A stretch of DNA of 64,000 nucleotides from Gammaproteobacteria bacterium (GCA_016191285.1 JACPPA010000021.1:14473-78472); one strand, 5' to 3'; counted from the first letter of the stretch, positions 21,301-32,692 are shown. Translations and numbers: made by a program. The notes: generated from the letters alone by a model not told the origin.

Positions 21301-21498
21301 ATATAACCGGCCCTGATACGGTGGTAAATCGAGGGGCCTTATAAGCGCCCCCCCTCACCGTAACTGGACAGCGGCAGGATCCCGGCAAGCTTGAGCAGGT
21401 GGATCGCGCACAAGCATCCGCAACGCAAGGGAATTCAATGCGCGCCTGGGTTACATTATCCGTTAACTAATACAGCGCCCCAGGCGGGAAGGAAGATA

Positions 21499-22578
21499 AT
21501 GGAAATTGGCCTGCAATTTATTTTTCAGAACACCCACGCCGGCCTGTCGGATGGCGACATGCTGCGCAAAGAGACCGAAATCGCGCTCTTTGCCGAGGAA
21601 GTGGGGATGGACTTCCTGTTGCTGCCCGAGCATCACTTCGATCCGAACTACTCGATCATGCCGGACAACCTGCAGTGGCTGGCGTATCTCGCGGGGAAAA
21701 CCAGCCGCATCAAGATTGGGACTGGCGCGATTATTTTGCCGTGGCATGAAAATCCAACACGGGTCGCGGAAAAAATCGCGCTGTTGCAGGTCATGCTCGG
21801 CGATCGTTTCCTCCTCGGCTTCGGCCGTGGCCTCGCCCGCGAGGAGTACCGCGCCTTCGGGGTCGACATGAACACCTCGCGCGAGCGCTTCGACCAAGCG
21901 GCAGAGATCGTCCTCGACATTCTCGATACCGGCATCGCCGAATACGACACCAAGTATTTCAAACAATCCCGCACCACCATCACGCCCAAGCCCGAGCATG
22001 GTTACCGCGACCGCGGGTTTTTCTCGGTGGCGATGACGCCGGATTCCGGGATCGCCGCCGCGAATCTGGGCGGCACGATGATGTCGTTCGTACAGCTCCC
22101 GTGGGAACAGCACAGCGCGGCGGTCGATGCCTGGCGTGCGCGTTTCAAGGAAGTTCACCCCACCAAGGCCCCGGGCGCCCCGGTCTTCTCCGACTTCACT
22201 TTTTGCCACGAGGACGCCGCGGTCGCCGAGCAGGTCGCGCGCGAGTATCTCTCCAAGTATTACCTGAGTGTCATCCGGCACTATGACTTCGATGGCTCGC
22301 ACTGGGGCGAAACGCAGGGCTACCAGGCGTATCAGGCTGGCGCCAGCGCGCTAAAAGCAATCGGTCTCGACGCCGCTTGCGAGGGCTTTGTGCAGAGTCA
22401 GGCCTGGGGCACCCCACAGCAGATAATCGAGAAGTGGACCCGGCGCGTCGCGATGACCGGCGCGTTACGGCCCGCGATGGCGGTGTCTTATGCGGGTATG
22501 CCGTTCGACCTGGTGCGGAGCAGCTTGAAGCTCATTGGCGAAAAAGTCGCGCCGCGCTTGCGAAAACTTAGCGCTTAG
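21499..22578 (+). CDS. LLM-class (luciferase-like) flavin-dependent oxidoreductase, 359 aa
   Basis: LLPEHHF motif. GGAAGGAAG RBS upstream of ATG 21499. Bacterial luciferase-family blocks. Confidence 0.75.
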   Translation: MEIGLQFIFQNTHAGLSDGDMLRKETEIALFAEEVGMDFLLLPEHHFDPNYSIMPDNLQWLAYLAGKTSRIKIGTGAIILPWHENPTRVAEKIALLQVMLGDRFLLGFGRGLAREEYRAFGVDMNTSRERFDQAAEIVLDILDTGIAEYDTKYFKQSRTTITPKPEHGYRDRGFFSVAMTPDSGIAAANLGGTMMSFVQLPWEQHSAAVDAWRARFKEVHPTKAPGAPVFSDFTFCHEDAAVAEQVAREYLSKYYLSVIRHYDFDGSHWGETQGYQAYQAGASALKAIGLDAACEGFVQSQAWGTPQQIIEKWTRRVAMTGALRPAMAVSYAGMPFDLVRSSLKLIGEKVAPRLRKLSA

Positions 22579-22652
22579 CGATGATCGCCACACCATTGTG
22601 ACGTAATTTCGCCGCGCGTCTCGCGGGGAGCGCCTGCGTTTTATAATCGGCA

Positions 22653-23975
22653 ATGAAGCCCTTCGAATCTGAGCGATCGGCGCGCCCTACGCCAATGAAT
22701 CGCCCTTCCAAGCCCTGGTATCGCGAACTCTATGTCCAAGTATTAATCGCCGTGTTAATCGGCATCGGGGTCGGGTATCTATTTCCGGACTCCGGCCGTG
22801 CGATGAAGCCACTCGGCGATGGCTTTATCAAACTGGTGAAGATGATGATCGCGCCGGTTATTTTCTGCACGGTGGTCCAAGGCATTGCCACGTTAGGCGA
22901 TAACAGGCAGCTCGGCCGTGTCGGCACCAAAGCGCTGATCTACTTTGAACTGGTGTCGACCGTGGCGCTCGCGATCGGATTGCTGGTTGTGAATGTACTT
23001 AAACCCGGCGCCGGTTTCACTCCAGCGGGCGAGACCTTCAACGCCGCCCACGTGGCATTAGCCACGACCCAGGGTTACATCGAACAAGCGCATGCACTGA
23101 AGCCCGTCGATCAGATCTTGAATCTCATTCCGACGACGTTTTTCAGCGCCTTCGTGAGCGGCGATCTCTTGCAAGTCTTATTGGTCGCGATCCTCGCCGG
23201 ATTTGCTATTCGCTTGCTGGGTGAGCGCCGCACCCCGGTGCTCGTTGCGGTTAACGCGGCCTCCGAAGTGTTCTTTAAAGCGATGCAGCTTGTCGTGCAA
23301 GCGGCGCCGGTCGGCGCGTTCGGTGCGATGGCCTTCACGGTTGGCAATTTCGGCCTCGGCGCGCTCAATAAACTGGCGCTGCTGATGGGCGGGTTCTATC
23401 TCACCGCCGCGCTCTTCGTGGTGGTCGTTCTCGGCGGCATCGCACGCGTGGCCGGATTTTCGATCTTTCGTTATCTGCGCTACATCAGGGATGAACTGCT
23501 GTTGGTGCTCGGCACCAGTTCGTCGGAAACGGCACTGCCTGGCATGCTCGACAAGTTACAACGTCTCGGCTGTAAAAAGTCGACTGTCGGTCTCGTGCTG
23601 CCCTTGGGTTATAGCTTTAATCTGGACGGCACGAATATCTACATGACGATGGCGGCGGTGTTTCTCGCGCAGGCGACGAACACGCCGCTCGATTTGAGCC
23701 AACAACTGAGCTTGTTGCTGGTAGCCATGCTGACATCGAAAGGCGCGAGCGGGGTTACCGGTGCGGGCTTCGTTACCTTGGCCGCCACGTTGCAGGCTGT
23801 GCCTGGGATCCCGCTCGAAGCACTCGCGCTGTTGATCGGCATCGATCGCTTTATGAGTGAATGCCGGGCGCTGACTAATTTAATTGGCAACGGTGTCGCC
23901 ACGCTGGTGCTCAGCCGTTGGGAGCGTGAGGTGAGTGCGGAAGAATTAAACGCCAACCTGCGCGTTTTTTTATAG
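22653..23975 (+). CDS. dctA: C4-dicarboxylate transporter DctA (dicarboxylate/amino-acid:cation symporter family)
   Basis: Long colinear match to enterobacterial DctA ([25 protein letters not shown] ... [22 protein letters not shown] ... [28 protein letters not shown] ... [23 protein letters not shown]). Alternative start at 22695. Confidence 0.9.
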   Translation: MKPFESERSARPTPMNRPSKPWYRELYVQVLIAVLIGIGVGYLFPDSGRAMKPLGDGFIKLVKMMIAPVIFCTVVQGIATLGDNRQLGRVGTKALIYFELVSTVALAIGLLVVNVLKPGAGFTPAGETFNAAHVALATTQGYIEQAHALKPVDQILNLIPTTFFSAFVSGDLLQVLLVAILAGFAIRLLGERRTPVLVAVNAASEVFFKAMQLVVQAAPVGAFGAMAFTVGNFGLGALNKLALLMGGFYLTAALFVVVVLGGIARVAGFSIFRYLRYIRDELLLVLGTSSSETALPGMLDKLQRLGCKKSTVGLVLPLGYSFNLDGTNIYMTMAAVFLAQATNTPLDLSQQLSLLLVAMLTSKGASGVTGAGFVTLAATLQAVPGIPLEALALLIGIDRFMSECRALTNLIGNGVATLVLSRWEREVSAEELNANLRVFL

Positions 23976-23990
23976 CTGAATTGTATGGCT

Positions 23991-24060
23991 ATTGTGGGAG
24001 CGGCTTTAGCCGCGAATCTTTACTGAGGTCAATTCGCCGCTAAAGCGGCTCCCACAGGTG
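23991..24060. repeat. REP-like hairpin (gtgggagcggctttagccgcgaa ... ttcgccgctaaagcggctcccac) between convergent dctA and the glucan synthase; possible bidirectional terminator
   Basis: Perfect inverted repeat of about 23 nt with a 22-nt loop. Same family at 35500-35625, 37322-37392, 50042-50128 and 59441-59470. Confidence 0.7.
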
Positions 24061-24073
24061 CGGTGATGATCAG

Positions 24074-27000
24074 CTAAATCGCGATTTGCAGATGATGCGT
24101 ACCGCCGTCGAGCTTCACGCGAACGACACCGGTACACTGTATGGGTATTCCATCGAGCACGGCGTCCGATACACCGCGACCGCGCTGCGATGGGTTTGAC
24201 ACGGCGATCTCGTAACGCGTCGCCTTGACATTGACCGTGGCTGAAAATCCCGGCCACGCGGCAGGAAGGCAGGGCTCGACGATGAGCCACGCGCCCTCGC
24301 GGCGAATCCCGAGAATGCCTTCAACACCGGCACGATACATCCATCCCGCCGCGCCCGTGTACCACGTCCAGCCGCCGCGGCCGACATGCGGCGCCACCGA
24401 ATAAACATCCGCCGCGACGACGTAGGGCTCGACCTTGTAGCGCTCAACTTCGTCGAGCGTCCGCGCATGATTGATGGGGTTCAACAGGGCAAAAAGCGCG
24501 GCGGCTCGGTCGCCCGCGCCCAACTTCGTATACGCCAGGATGGCCCACATCGCGGCGTGGCTGTATTGTCCCCCATTTTCGCGCAGGCCCGGCGGATAGC
24601 CCTTGATATAGCCGGGATCGCACGCGGTGTTATCGAAGGGCGGCGTGAACAACAGCGCCAGACCGTCGTTGCGGCGGATCAAATGCTTGTCCACCGACGC
24701 CATCGCGGTCACGGCGCGTGCGGGATCGGCGGCGCCGGACAACACGGCCCACGACTGCGCAATGGAATCGATCTGGCATTCCTCGCTGTCTTTCGATCCC
24801 AGCCAACTGCCGTCATCGAAGGTCGCGCGGCGATACCATTCCCCGTCCCATGCCTCGTGCTCGAGCGCAGCGCAGACGGCAACCGCATGGGCGCGCCAGC
24901 GTTGGGCGCGCGTCGGGTCGCGATCGGCCGCGAGCGGTACAAACAGCCGCAGCGTTCGCACGAGTAACCACGCGAGCCACACGGACTCGCCGTGTCCGCC
25001 GGCGCCGACGCGGTTCATCCCATCGTTCCAGTCACCAGTCCCGATGAGCGGCAAACCATGTTCGCCGGTGAGCGCCAGGCATTGATCTAAGGCGCGGGCG
25101 CAGTGTTCAAAGAGCGTGGCCGACTGATCCGCGACCAGCGGTTGAAAGAACGCGTCGGGTTCGCCCGGACGCAGTAGAGGACCGTCGAGAAACGGAATTA
25201 TCTCGTCGAGAATCGCCACGTCATCCGCCGCCGCGATGTAGGTCGCGGTCGCGAAGGCGAGCCACACCCGATCGTCCGCGATGCGCGTGCGTACACCCTG
25301 CCCGGAATGCGCCAGCCACCAATGCTGCACATCGCCTTCAACGAATTGCCGGGCGGCGGCCCGCAGCAGGTGATCGCGCGTGGCTTCCGGTTGTGAAAAA
25401 GTTAACGCCATGCCGTCTTGCAACTGATCGCGAAAGCCGTAGGCGCCGCTCGCCTGATAAAAAGCCGCGCGCGCCCACAGCCGGCAGGCGAGGGTTTGAT
25501 ACAGCAGCCACCCGTTCAACAGAATGTCCAGCGCACGATCGGGCGTTTTGACTTGAACCGTGCCTAGCACAGCGGCCCAATGATCAGTCACGCCCTTCAG
25601 CACGGCATCGAGATCGAATTCGCGATAACGCCCGACGAGCGCTGCCACATCGGCCGCAGAGCCGCATTGCCCGAGAAAGAACACCACCTCGACGGATTCG
25701 CCGGCGTCGAGTTCGATCACGCGGGTTAAAGCAGCGCACGGATCAAGCCCGGCGCCAGTAGTCTTGGACAGTAACGCCTTACTGGCGAGCGCCGCAGGGC
25801 TTGCCGGTCCACCATGGCGGCCCAGAAATTCGGTGCGGTCCGCTGTCCACGCAGTATGCCGCCCGGCGAGATCGGCAAAGGCAACCCGGCCGGCGAACGC
25901 CGGATTCCAGGGGTTACGCGCGATCAGCGCACCGCAGGCATCGACCTCGGTAATAATGAACGGGCCGGTCGCGCCGTGCGCGGTGCCGAGCACCCATTCC
26001 ACATACGCCGTGACGGAGAGCCGCCGCGGCACTCCCGACAAATTGCTGAGGGTCAGGCGTGAGATCTTGATGGGATCCGCAAGCGGTACGTATTGCAACA
26101 GGTCGAGCGCGATGCCGTGCGCCCGATGTTCGAAGCGACAATAGCCGTGACCGTGGCGTGCGATGTACCTTCCACCGTCGCGGATCGGTTGCGCCGTTGC
26201 GCTCCATAAATCCAAAGTGTCTTCGTCGCGAACGTAAATCGCCTCCCCTGCCGGATCGCCAATCGGATCGTTCGACCACGGCGTCAGCTGGTTCTCGCGA
26301 CTGCTCTCCGCCCACGTATACCCACTGCCGTCGGCCGAGGCTTGAAATCCGAAATGCGGATTGGCCACCACATTGATCCAGGGCGCTGGCGTCGTCTGCG
26401 CGCCGTCGAGGACGGTGACATATTCGCGGCCGTCGCGGTCGAAGCCCCCCAGGCCGTTAAAGAATTCGAGATCCGGTGGCGTCGGCAGGGATTGCGGCGC
26501 CGGCTTTGGGCGACGCACGCTCGCCGGCCGGATCGCCGGCGGCCGCCGCGCGAGTTCGTCGGCTAACTGCTCGGCAAGTGACCCACGGCGCGCGACCAGC
26601 GCGACGCGGGCAACCGCTTGCAGCAGCGCCCGGGTGTCGAGATGCATCAAGTCGGCGCGCAACGTAAAGACCGCGCCGTGCGCGAGCTCGGCGCCGAAGC
26701 GGGGTCGCGCCTGGCTGCTGCGCACGGCGGTATCGATGGCGTTCTGTAAATCCTGCAAGTACGACGACGCGTGTTCGTTGACGATCACGAGATCCACGCT
26801 CAGGCGTTTCATGCGCCAGTATTCGTGCGCGCGCAGGAGTTGGCGCACTTGGTCGATGTCTTCGCTATCGTCGATGCGCAACAGTACGATCGGAAGATCG
26901 CCGGAAATCGCGTGCGGCCACAGCCCGGACTGCGGCCCAGCACCGCGCATGATCGTCGCCGACGGCGCCCTGAAACGAGGGTCGGCGTAGACGATCGGGG

Positions 27001-30000
27001 CGGCGAGCCGTTGGAAATCCGCGGCCTCATCGGCGTCGATATCGAGATGGCGAAGCTGCACTTGCGCCTGGGTCCACGCGAGAGTCTTCGCGCGATCGTA
27101 CGCGCTGCGATCATGGTGCTTGTCGATGAGATCGAGCAGCGCCTCGCGCGACGAACTGACCACGGTCCAGAACGCAACGCGCGCGACTTTACCCGACGGG
27201 ACTCGCACCCGAACCCTGAGTGAAAAGATCGGATCGAGCACCGTGCCAACGCTGTTCGACAGCGGGTGATCGTCAAGCATCGCCGCCGCGGTGCCGATGG
27301 TGCGATTCCGACCGATGAACCGCGCGCGATCGGATTCGTATTGGGGATCTGCCGTGATCTCGCCCTCAACCACCGCGAAATGCGCGGCCCAGATTGGCGG
27401 CTCGTCCGGCGCGCGCGGACGGCGAGTCGCAATCAAGGCGCCGTATTCAGCCAGATATTCGGTTTGTACAAAGAGTTTGGCGAACGCGGGGTGCGCCTGA
27501 TCGGCGGTCGGCGTGGCCAACACCACTTCAGCGTAGGTGGTCAGTTCGATCTCACGCCATCGGCGCCCACTGTTGACGAGCGACACGCGCCGCACCTCGC
27601 CATCGGCCTCACCGGAGACCAGCACGTCCAACGTGGTCGTCAACGCGCCGTCGCGGCGGATGAATTCAGCGCGATCCTCGGCGAAGATCACTTCGGTATC
27701 GAGAGCGCCACCGATCGGTAGCGTGCTTGCCGACCACACCGCCCCCTGGTGGACGTCCCGACAGAAGATGAACGAGCCCCAGTCGTCACGCGTACTGTCC
27801 TCGCGCCAGCGAGTCACCGCCACCTCACGCCACCGGCTGTAACCCGAACCGGCCGCGGTCAACATCACGGCGTAGCGGCCGTTCGACAATAAATGCGTGA
27901 GCGGCGCATCGCCGGCCGCGACGCGGCGCACGGTGGGCGTCACGGTGCGCGCCTCGCCGGCGGACGCTTTGACTTCTTCGGCGCGCGGGTGGGTCACTGC
28001 CACGTCGCGTGGCAAGCGCTCCTGCAGCAACAACTCACAGGCTTGAATGATCGGTTCACGATGAAACCGAGTACGCATCTGACCGTCATGCAAGGCGTTC
28101 GCGATGGCAACGATCGTCATGCCTTGATGATGGGCCATGAAGTTACGCACGATCGCGACTTCCGAGTCGGCGGGCAGGCGCGTACGCGTGAAATCGAGCG
28201 CCTCATAGAAGCCGTAGCGGCCGCGCGCGCCCATCGCGGCCAGTCGCGTGTAGTTCAAACGTGCGCCGTGCGGATCGATCATTGTCGCCAAACCCGTCGC
28301 GTAGGGCGCGATGACTAAATCCTCCGCGAGGCCGCGCTTCAAGCCCAGACCGGGCACGCCGAAATTGGAATACTGATAGGTGAATTCGAGATCGCGCGCG
28401 TTGAACGCCGACTCAGAGATACCCCACGGAAGATCCAACGCGCTGGCATAAGCCTGTTGGCGTTCCACCACCAGACGATTGGTTTGCTCCAAGAGACTGC
28501 CAAGCGGCGCACGCATGACCAGTGACGGCATCAGATATTCGAACATCGATCCCGACCACGAGATCAGCGCCGAGCCCTGGCCAACGGGTGTCGCGGCGCG
28601 GCCGAGACGAAACCAGTGACGAGTCTCGACATCGCCTTTGGCGATCGCAAAAAGACTGGCCAGGCGCGCCTCGGAGGCGAGCAGATCGTAGCAATTGGGA
28701 TCGAGGCTGTTATCCATCAGCGAATAACCGATCGACAACAATTTGCGTTTAGGATCGAGCAGAAACGCGAAATCCATGGCGAGTGAAAAGGTGCGCGCGG
28801 TATCCGCCAGCGCTTGCAAGCGGTGCTTCAGAGAAGCTAGCGTCGCTGTCGGCTGCAGTCGATCGCGCGCGTGCTCGGCCACCGTTTTTTTCAGCGCGGT
28901 GAGCCAGAACACGAGATCCGATGCGCTGTCGTCGACGGGTATTAGTGTGTCGGTTGCCTTGATGGCCTTATCGGCCAGGCGCGTCAAGCTCGGCGCCAAC
29001 GTCGCGATCGCCTGTGCACCCGCCAACTGGGCTTCGATCTCGTCAAGGATGGACGCGAGTTGCTGCCCGCGTGCGGCGTTCGCGGCAGGCAGCGCGGTGA
29101 GTGTCGCGCGCGCCAACGCGAGTGTGTCGCTGAGCGCTTGGCGCGGGTCCAGTGCCAGCGTGGTCTCCCGCCACATTTCGCAGGCCGCGGCGATCGCGAG
29201 CAGATGGCCGGCGAGATTGCCGCTGTCGACCGACGAAACATAGGCCGGCGGAAGCGCCTGCAGATCTTTGGTCCCATACCAATTGAAGAAATGGCCCTTG
29301 AATCGCTGGAGTTTATGCATTGCATCGAACGTCGCTTCCAAGCGTTCGATGGTGTCGATGGCGCCAGTCCAGCCGAAATCGCGGGCGGCAACGACGGATA
29401 GCAAATAGATCCCGATGTTGGTCGGCGATGTGCGATGGGCAATGACGGGCTGGGGATCTTCTTGGAAATTGTCCGGCGGTAAGCAGTTGTCCGCAGCGGT
29501 CACGAAGGTCTCGAAAAACCGCCATGTGCGGCGCGCGATAAGGCGGAGTTCGCGCCGGTCAAGTTCGGACATTGCGCGCTCGGGTGTGACGGCTGGCGCG
29601 CGACTAATCCATAGGGCCAATGTTGGCGCGGCGAGCCATAGCGCGGCCAAGGGCAGGACCAGCGGCCACGCGGCCGGCGCCAGCGCGAGCCCGCCCGCGG
29701 TCATGAGCAACGCCAGTGAAGTGCCGCCCACCATCTGCTGATAAAACCCGTGCCTATTGAGCCGCGGACTCCCAGAAGCCTGAGCAGCGGTGGTCCATTC
29801 GAGCAAATGACGGCGCGTTGCGAAGCAGCGCCTTAGTGTGCGCAGAATCGCGTCCCCCATCCGCCACGTTTGATCGGTGAGGAAGACCACTGCGAGCAGG
29901 GTCCGGGTGGCAGCAAGCTTAAGGTCGGCTGCCAGCGCCCGCAGATGATTACCCAGACGAATGCCGGAGCGACGCGGCAGCACGGCGAACAGTGGCGGTA

Positions 30001-32566
30001 GAAAGGCCGGGATCGCGAGCGTGGCGAGCACCAACAGTGTGCCGGCCAGCGCCGACGGCAGCGGCAGCAACCAGCTCGCGCCGAGCGCGAGCAACGTGCA
30101 CGGCATGAGCAGCGAGCGGCGCAAATTGTCGAGCATCTTCCAGCGGCCAAGGTTTGGCACGGCCTGGTTGCCGATACGCCGCGCGCACACCCACGGCAGC
30201 AGCTGCCAATCGCCGCGCGTCCAGCGATGCTGGCGTTTAGCCGCGACGTCGTAACGCGCCGGAAATTCCTCGACCACTTCGATATCCGACGCCAACCCGG
30301 CGCGCGCAAACACCCCTTCGAAGAGATCGTGGCTCAGCAACGCATTGTCGGGAACCCGGCCCGCAAGGGCGGCTTCGAAGGCGTCGACGTCATAAATGCC
30401 TTTGCCGGTATACGAGCCTTCGCCGAACAGATCTTGGTAAACGTCGGACGCCGCCGCCGCATAGGGATCCATGCCACCAGGCCCCGAGAAGACGCGCTGA
30501 TAAAGCGATCCCTCGCGACCGATCGGTAATGACGGAGTGACGCGCGGTTGTAGAATCGCATAGCCGCCGACCACGCGCTGAAGCGCGGCGCTGAATTGCG
30601 GTCGATTCAGCGGGTGCGCCATTTTGCCGATGAGCCGCTGCGCGGCGTCGCGCGGTAAGCGCGTATCCGCATCCAGCGTGATCACGTAACGCACGTCGGC
30701 CGGCGCCTGCGGTGCGTAACCGTCGAGCGCGATAAACGTGGTGTCGGTCGCGCCGCGCAGCAGTCGGTTCAGTTCGTGGAGCTTGCCCCGTTTGCGTTCC
30801 CAACCCATCCATTTTTGTTCGCTCGCATTGAATAGGCGACGTCGATGGAGCAACAGAAAACGCGCGCCGCTAGGGGCGGGACCGTGACGTTGGTTAAGCG
30901 CCGCGATCGCCGCCACGCCGATCGTGAGCAATGCCGCATCGCCGGCCAGTGTTTCGGTGTCGGCATCCTGTCCATCCGACAGCAGCACGTACGCGAGATC
31001 GCCGCCGCTGCCGGCCAGATGGTGAACTTCCAAGCGTTCGATTTGCTCGAGGAGTTCAGCTTCGTTGGTCAGTAAGGTCGGCACGGCGATCAGCGTTCGC
31101 AGGCGTTCAGGAACGCCGGTTTTAAGTTCGAGGCCAGGCAGCGTGAGTGCGCCAAAACTCCAGGTCACCGCGCGATTGACAAGCGCCGTCGCAACCTCGA
31201 ACGCAGGCATGAAACCGAGCAGTGCGACGAACGCGAGCGTCATACGCGCGGTGCCGGGGATCCCAATAATCGACTGTGCGATGCCCAGCAAAACGGCGGC
31301 CACCACGACGAGCGCGCCGAGATAACCACCAAGGCCAAGCCGCAGATTGAAGCGACTGATCCGCAAGCGCGGTGGCGCTCGAAACTCGATCGCTCGCTCC
31401 AGCGCACAGCGGCCTTCGGCGATCAGGTGATAGCCCGGATCGCCCACCCGCTCAGCGTCCGCGGGAGTGCGCGCCGAACTGGCTCCGCGCTGTGCCGCCG
31501 CGAGCGCGTGATCGGCAATCTCAAGTTCGGAGTGGGCGGAGCCGCGCGCCAGTTGTTCAATGGCGCTGCGGTATAGATTACGCGTCGCAAAATCCATGGC
31601 CGCGAAAGCGCTCGCCGCGCGCAGCCGTGCATCGACCAAACTCACACTCTCGAACCACTCGGCCCAATCGATATCGGAGATGAGCCGCATGCTGGTGATG
31701 ACGATGCGCACGGTGACATTCGAGGCGCCTTGGCGTTGTTGGGCGTGCTGCACCACTTCATCGATGGAAACGCCCTGCAGCAGCAATTGTTCCTCTAACC
31801 AACCAAGCGCGGGCGTGGTCCTTGGATCTTGATCGCGCAGACGTTTCGCGAGCTGCGCGGCAAAACGTTCGGATAACGGTCCGGGGACGCGGGTGGCGAT
31901 GTCGAGATCGAGCGCGGAGCGCTCGCAGCCGGTAACGAGCAGGCGATTGGCCAGTGCATCGGCACCGGCGCGCGCTGCGCGGCCGAGGGTGATTTGATCG
32001 GCCAGTCGGCGCAGATTTTCGACCAACACAATGCGTAGCGTAATCGCCACCGCCCACAACTCGCCGATGGTGAGCGGTTGCACGCGCTGGTAAGCCGCAA
32101 TGAAGCGCCGCAGAGTGTCGGGATCGAAATAGCTGTCGGTGTGCGCTACGAACTCCCACGCCAGGCCGAATACCCGAGGATATCCAGCGAAGGGTCCCAC
32201 CGCCAGTTTCGGGAGCTGGCGATAATAGCCGGGCGGCAGATCATCGCGGATCTCGCGGATCTGCTCTTCGACCAGATGATAATTGTCGAGCAGCCATTCG
32301 GCGGCGGGCTCCACGCTACGACCGCTCTCGAGCTCGGCGGCACTCGCGCGATAAGCGGAGAGCAGCACGGTGGCATTATCATTGAGTCGCGTTTGCAGCG
32401 AGAGTACGGCGGGTGGTTTGCGGGTTACCGGCTGAGCGGTAGCGAGGCTTTTCGCGTGCTGCTCTAGGCGCTCGACGCCAAACAGTTCGTCGCGCACCGG
32501 CGCCGAATCATTCCACGGTGGCGAGCGCGAGCGTGGTCGTAGGGCGTGGCTTAAGATCGAGTGCAT
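24074..32566 (-). CDS. ndvB: Cyclic beta-1,2-glucan synthase (NdvB/ChvB/Cgs family; GT84 glycosyltransferase plus GH94 phosphorylase domains), 2830 aa
   Basis: Size matches ChvB/Cgs (about 2830-2870 aa). Central GT domain with VITLDADTRLP DxD-type motif. Multiple TM segments. C-terminal GH94 (cellobiose-phosphorylase-like) region. Confidence 0.85.
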   Translation of the reverse strand: MHSILSHALRPRSRSPPWNDSAPVRDELFGVERLEQHAKSLATAQPVTRKPPAVLSLQTRLNDNATVLLSAYRASAAELESGRSVEPAAEWLLDNYHLVEEQIREIRDDLPPGYYRQLPKLAVGPFAGYPRVFGLAWEFVAHTDSYFDPDTLRRFIAAYQRVQPLTIGELWAVAITLRIVLVENLRRLADQITLGRAARAGADALANRLLVTGCERSALDLDIATRVPGPLSERFAAQLAKRLRDQDPRTTPALGWLEEQLLLQGVSIDEVVQHAQQRQGASNVTVRIVITSMRLISDIDWAEWFESVSLVDARLRAASAFAAMDFATRNLYRSAIEQLARGSAHSELEIADHALAAAQRGASSARTPADAERVGDPGYHLIAEGRCALERAIEFRAPPRLRISRFNLRLGLGGYLGALVVVAAVLLGIAQSIIGIPGTARMTLAFVALLGFMPAFEVATALVNRAVTWSFGALTLPGLELKTGVPERLRTLIAVPTLLTNEAELLEQIERLEVHHLAGSGGDLAYVLLSDGQDADTETLAGDAALLTIGVAAIAALNQRHGPAPSGARFLLLHRRRLFNASEQKWMGWERKRGKLHELNRLLRGATDTTFIALDGYAPQAPADVRYVITLDADTRLPRDAAQRLIGKMAHPLNRPQFSAALQRVVGGYAILQPRVTPSLPIGREGSLYQRVFSGPGGMDPYAAAASDVYQDLFGEGSYTGKGIYDVDAFEAALAGRVPDNALLSHDLFEGVFARAGLASDIEVVEEFPARYDVAAKRQHRWTRGDWQLLPWVCARRIGNQAVPNLGRWKMLDNLRRSLLMPCTLLALGASWLLPLPSALAGTLLVLATLAIPAFLPPLFAVLPRRSGIRLGNHLRALAADLKLAATRTLLAVVFLTDQTWRMGDAILRTLRRCFATRRHLLEWTTAAQASGSPRLNRHGFYQQMVGGTSLALLMTAGGLALAPAAWPLVLPLAALWLAAPTLALWISRAPAVTPERAMSELDRRELRLIARRTWRFFETFVTAADNCLPPDNFQEDPQPVIAHRTSPTNIGIYLLSVVAARDFGWTGAIDTIERLEATFDAMHKLQRFKGHFFNWYGTKDLQALPPAYVSSVDSGNLAGHLLAIAAACEMWRETTLALDPRQALSDTLALARATLTALPAANAARGQQLASILDEIEAQLAGAQAIATLAPSLTRLADKAIKATDTLIPVDDSASDLVFWLTALKKTVAEHARDRLQPTATLASLKHRLQALADTARTFSLAMDFAFLLDPKRKLLSIGYSLMDNSLDPNCYDLLASEARLASLFAIAKGDVETRHWFRLGRAATPVGQGSALISWSGSMFEYLMPSLVMRAPLGSLLEQTNRLVVERQQAYASALDLPWGISESAFNARDLEFTYQYSNFGVPGLGLKRGLAEDLVIAPYATGLATMIDPHGARLNYTRLAAMGARGRYGFYEALDFTRTRLPADSEVAIVRNFMAHHQGMTIVAIANALHDGQMRTRFHREPIIQACELLLQERLPRDVAVTHPRAEEVKASAGEARTVTPTVRRVAAGDAPLTHLLSNGRYAVMLTAAGSGYSRWREVAVTRWREDSTRDDWGSFIFCRDVHQGAVWSASTLPIGGALDTEVIFAEDRAEFIRRDGALTTTLDVLVSGEADGEVRRVSLVNSGRRWREIELTTYAEVVLATPTADQAHPAFAKLFVQTEYLAEYGALIATRRPRAPDEPPIWAAHFAVVEGEITADPQYESDRARFIGRNRTIGTAAAMLDDHPLSNSVGTVLDPIFSLRVRVRVPSGKVARVAFWTVVSSSREALLDLIDKHHDRSAYDRAKTLAWTQAQVQLRHLDIDADEAADFQRLAAPIVYADPRFRAPSATIMRGAGPQSGLWPHAISGDLPIVLLRIDDSEDIDQVRQLLRAHEYWRMKRLSVDLVIVNEHASSYLQDLQNAIDTAVRSSQARPRFGAELAHGAVFTLRADLMHLDTRALLQAVARVALVARRGSLAEQLADELARRPPAIRPASVRRPKPAPQSLPTPPDLEFFNGLGGFDRDGREYVTVLDGAQTTPAPWINVVANPHFGFQASADGSGYTWAESSRENQLTPWSNDPIGDPAGEAIYVRDEDTLDLWSATAQPIRDGGRYIARHGHGYCRFEHRAHGIALDLLQYVPLADPIKISRLTLSNLSGVPRRLSVTAYVEWVLGTAHGATGPFIITEVDACGALIARNPWNPAFAGRVAFADLAGRHTAWTADRTEFLGRHGGPASPAALASKALLSKTTGAGLDPCAALTRVIELDAGESVEVVFFLGQCGSAADVAALVGRYREFDLDAVLKGVTDHWAAVLGTVQVKTPDRALDILLNGWLLYQTLACRLWARAAFYQASGAYGFRDQLQDGMALTFSQPEATRDHLLRAAARQFVEGDVQHWWLAHSGQGVRTRIADDRVWLAFATATYIAAADDVAILDEIIPFLDGPLLRPGEPDAFFQPLVADQSATLFEHCARALDQCLALTGEHGLPLIGTGDWNDGMNRVGAGGHGESVWLAWLLVRTLRLFVPLAADRDPTRAQRWRAHAVAVCAALEHEAWDGEWYRRATFDDGSWLGSKDSEECQIDSIAQSWAVLSGAADPARAVTAMASVDKHLIRRNDGLALLFTPPFDNTACDPGYIKGYPPGLRENGGQYSHAAMWAILAYTKLGAGDRAAALFALLNPINHARTLDEVERYKVEPYVVAADVYSVAPHVGRGGWTWYTGAAGWMYRAGVEGILGIRREGAWLIVEPCLPAAWPGFSATVNVKATRYEIAVSNPSQRGRGVSDAVLDGIPIQCTGVVRVKLDGGTHHLQIAI

Positions 32567-32692
32567 GAACGCCTTTCCGGCTAGTGGTGGCGCGCTTGCG
32601 CAGTCCGATTATGCCGCATCAGAGCCAGGATTTACCGGGTTAATCAGTTTATTCTTCGTCCCCTCGATCAAAACGCCAGGAGGCAGCCGCTC

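Noticed and set aside
21463-22302. 279-aa minus-strand ORF
   Set aside because: Entirely antisense to the LLM oxidoreductase gene (21499-22578). High-GC antisense artefact.
24386-32467. Many 100-200-aa ORFs on the + strand inside the cyclic glucan synthase gene (e.g. 24386-24967, 26361-26990, 28743-29243)
   Set aside because: They are antisense to a well-supported 2830-aa gene in high-GC DNA. Products are low-complexity (Arg/Ala/Ser-rich), have no motifs and no RBS support.
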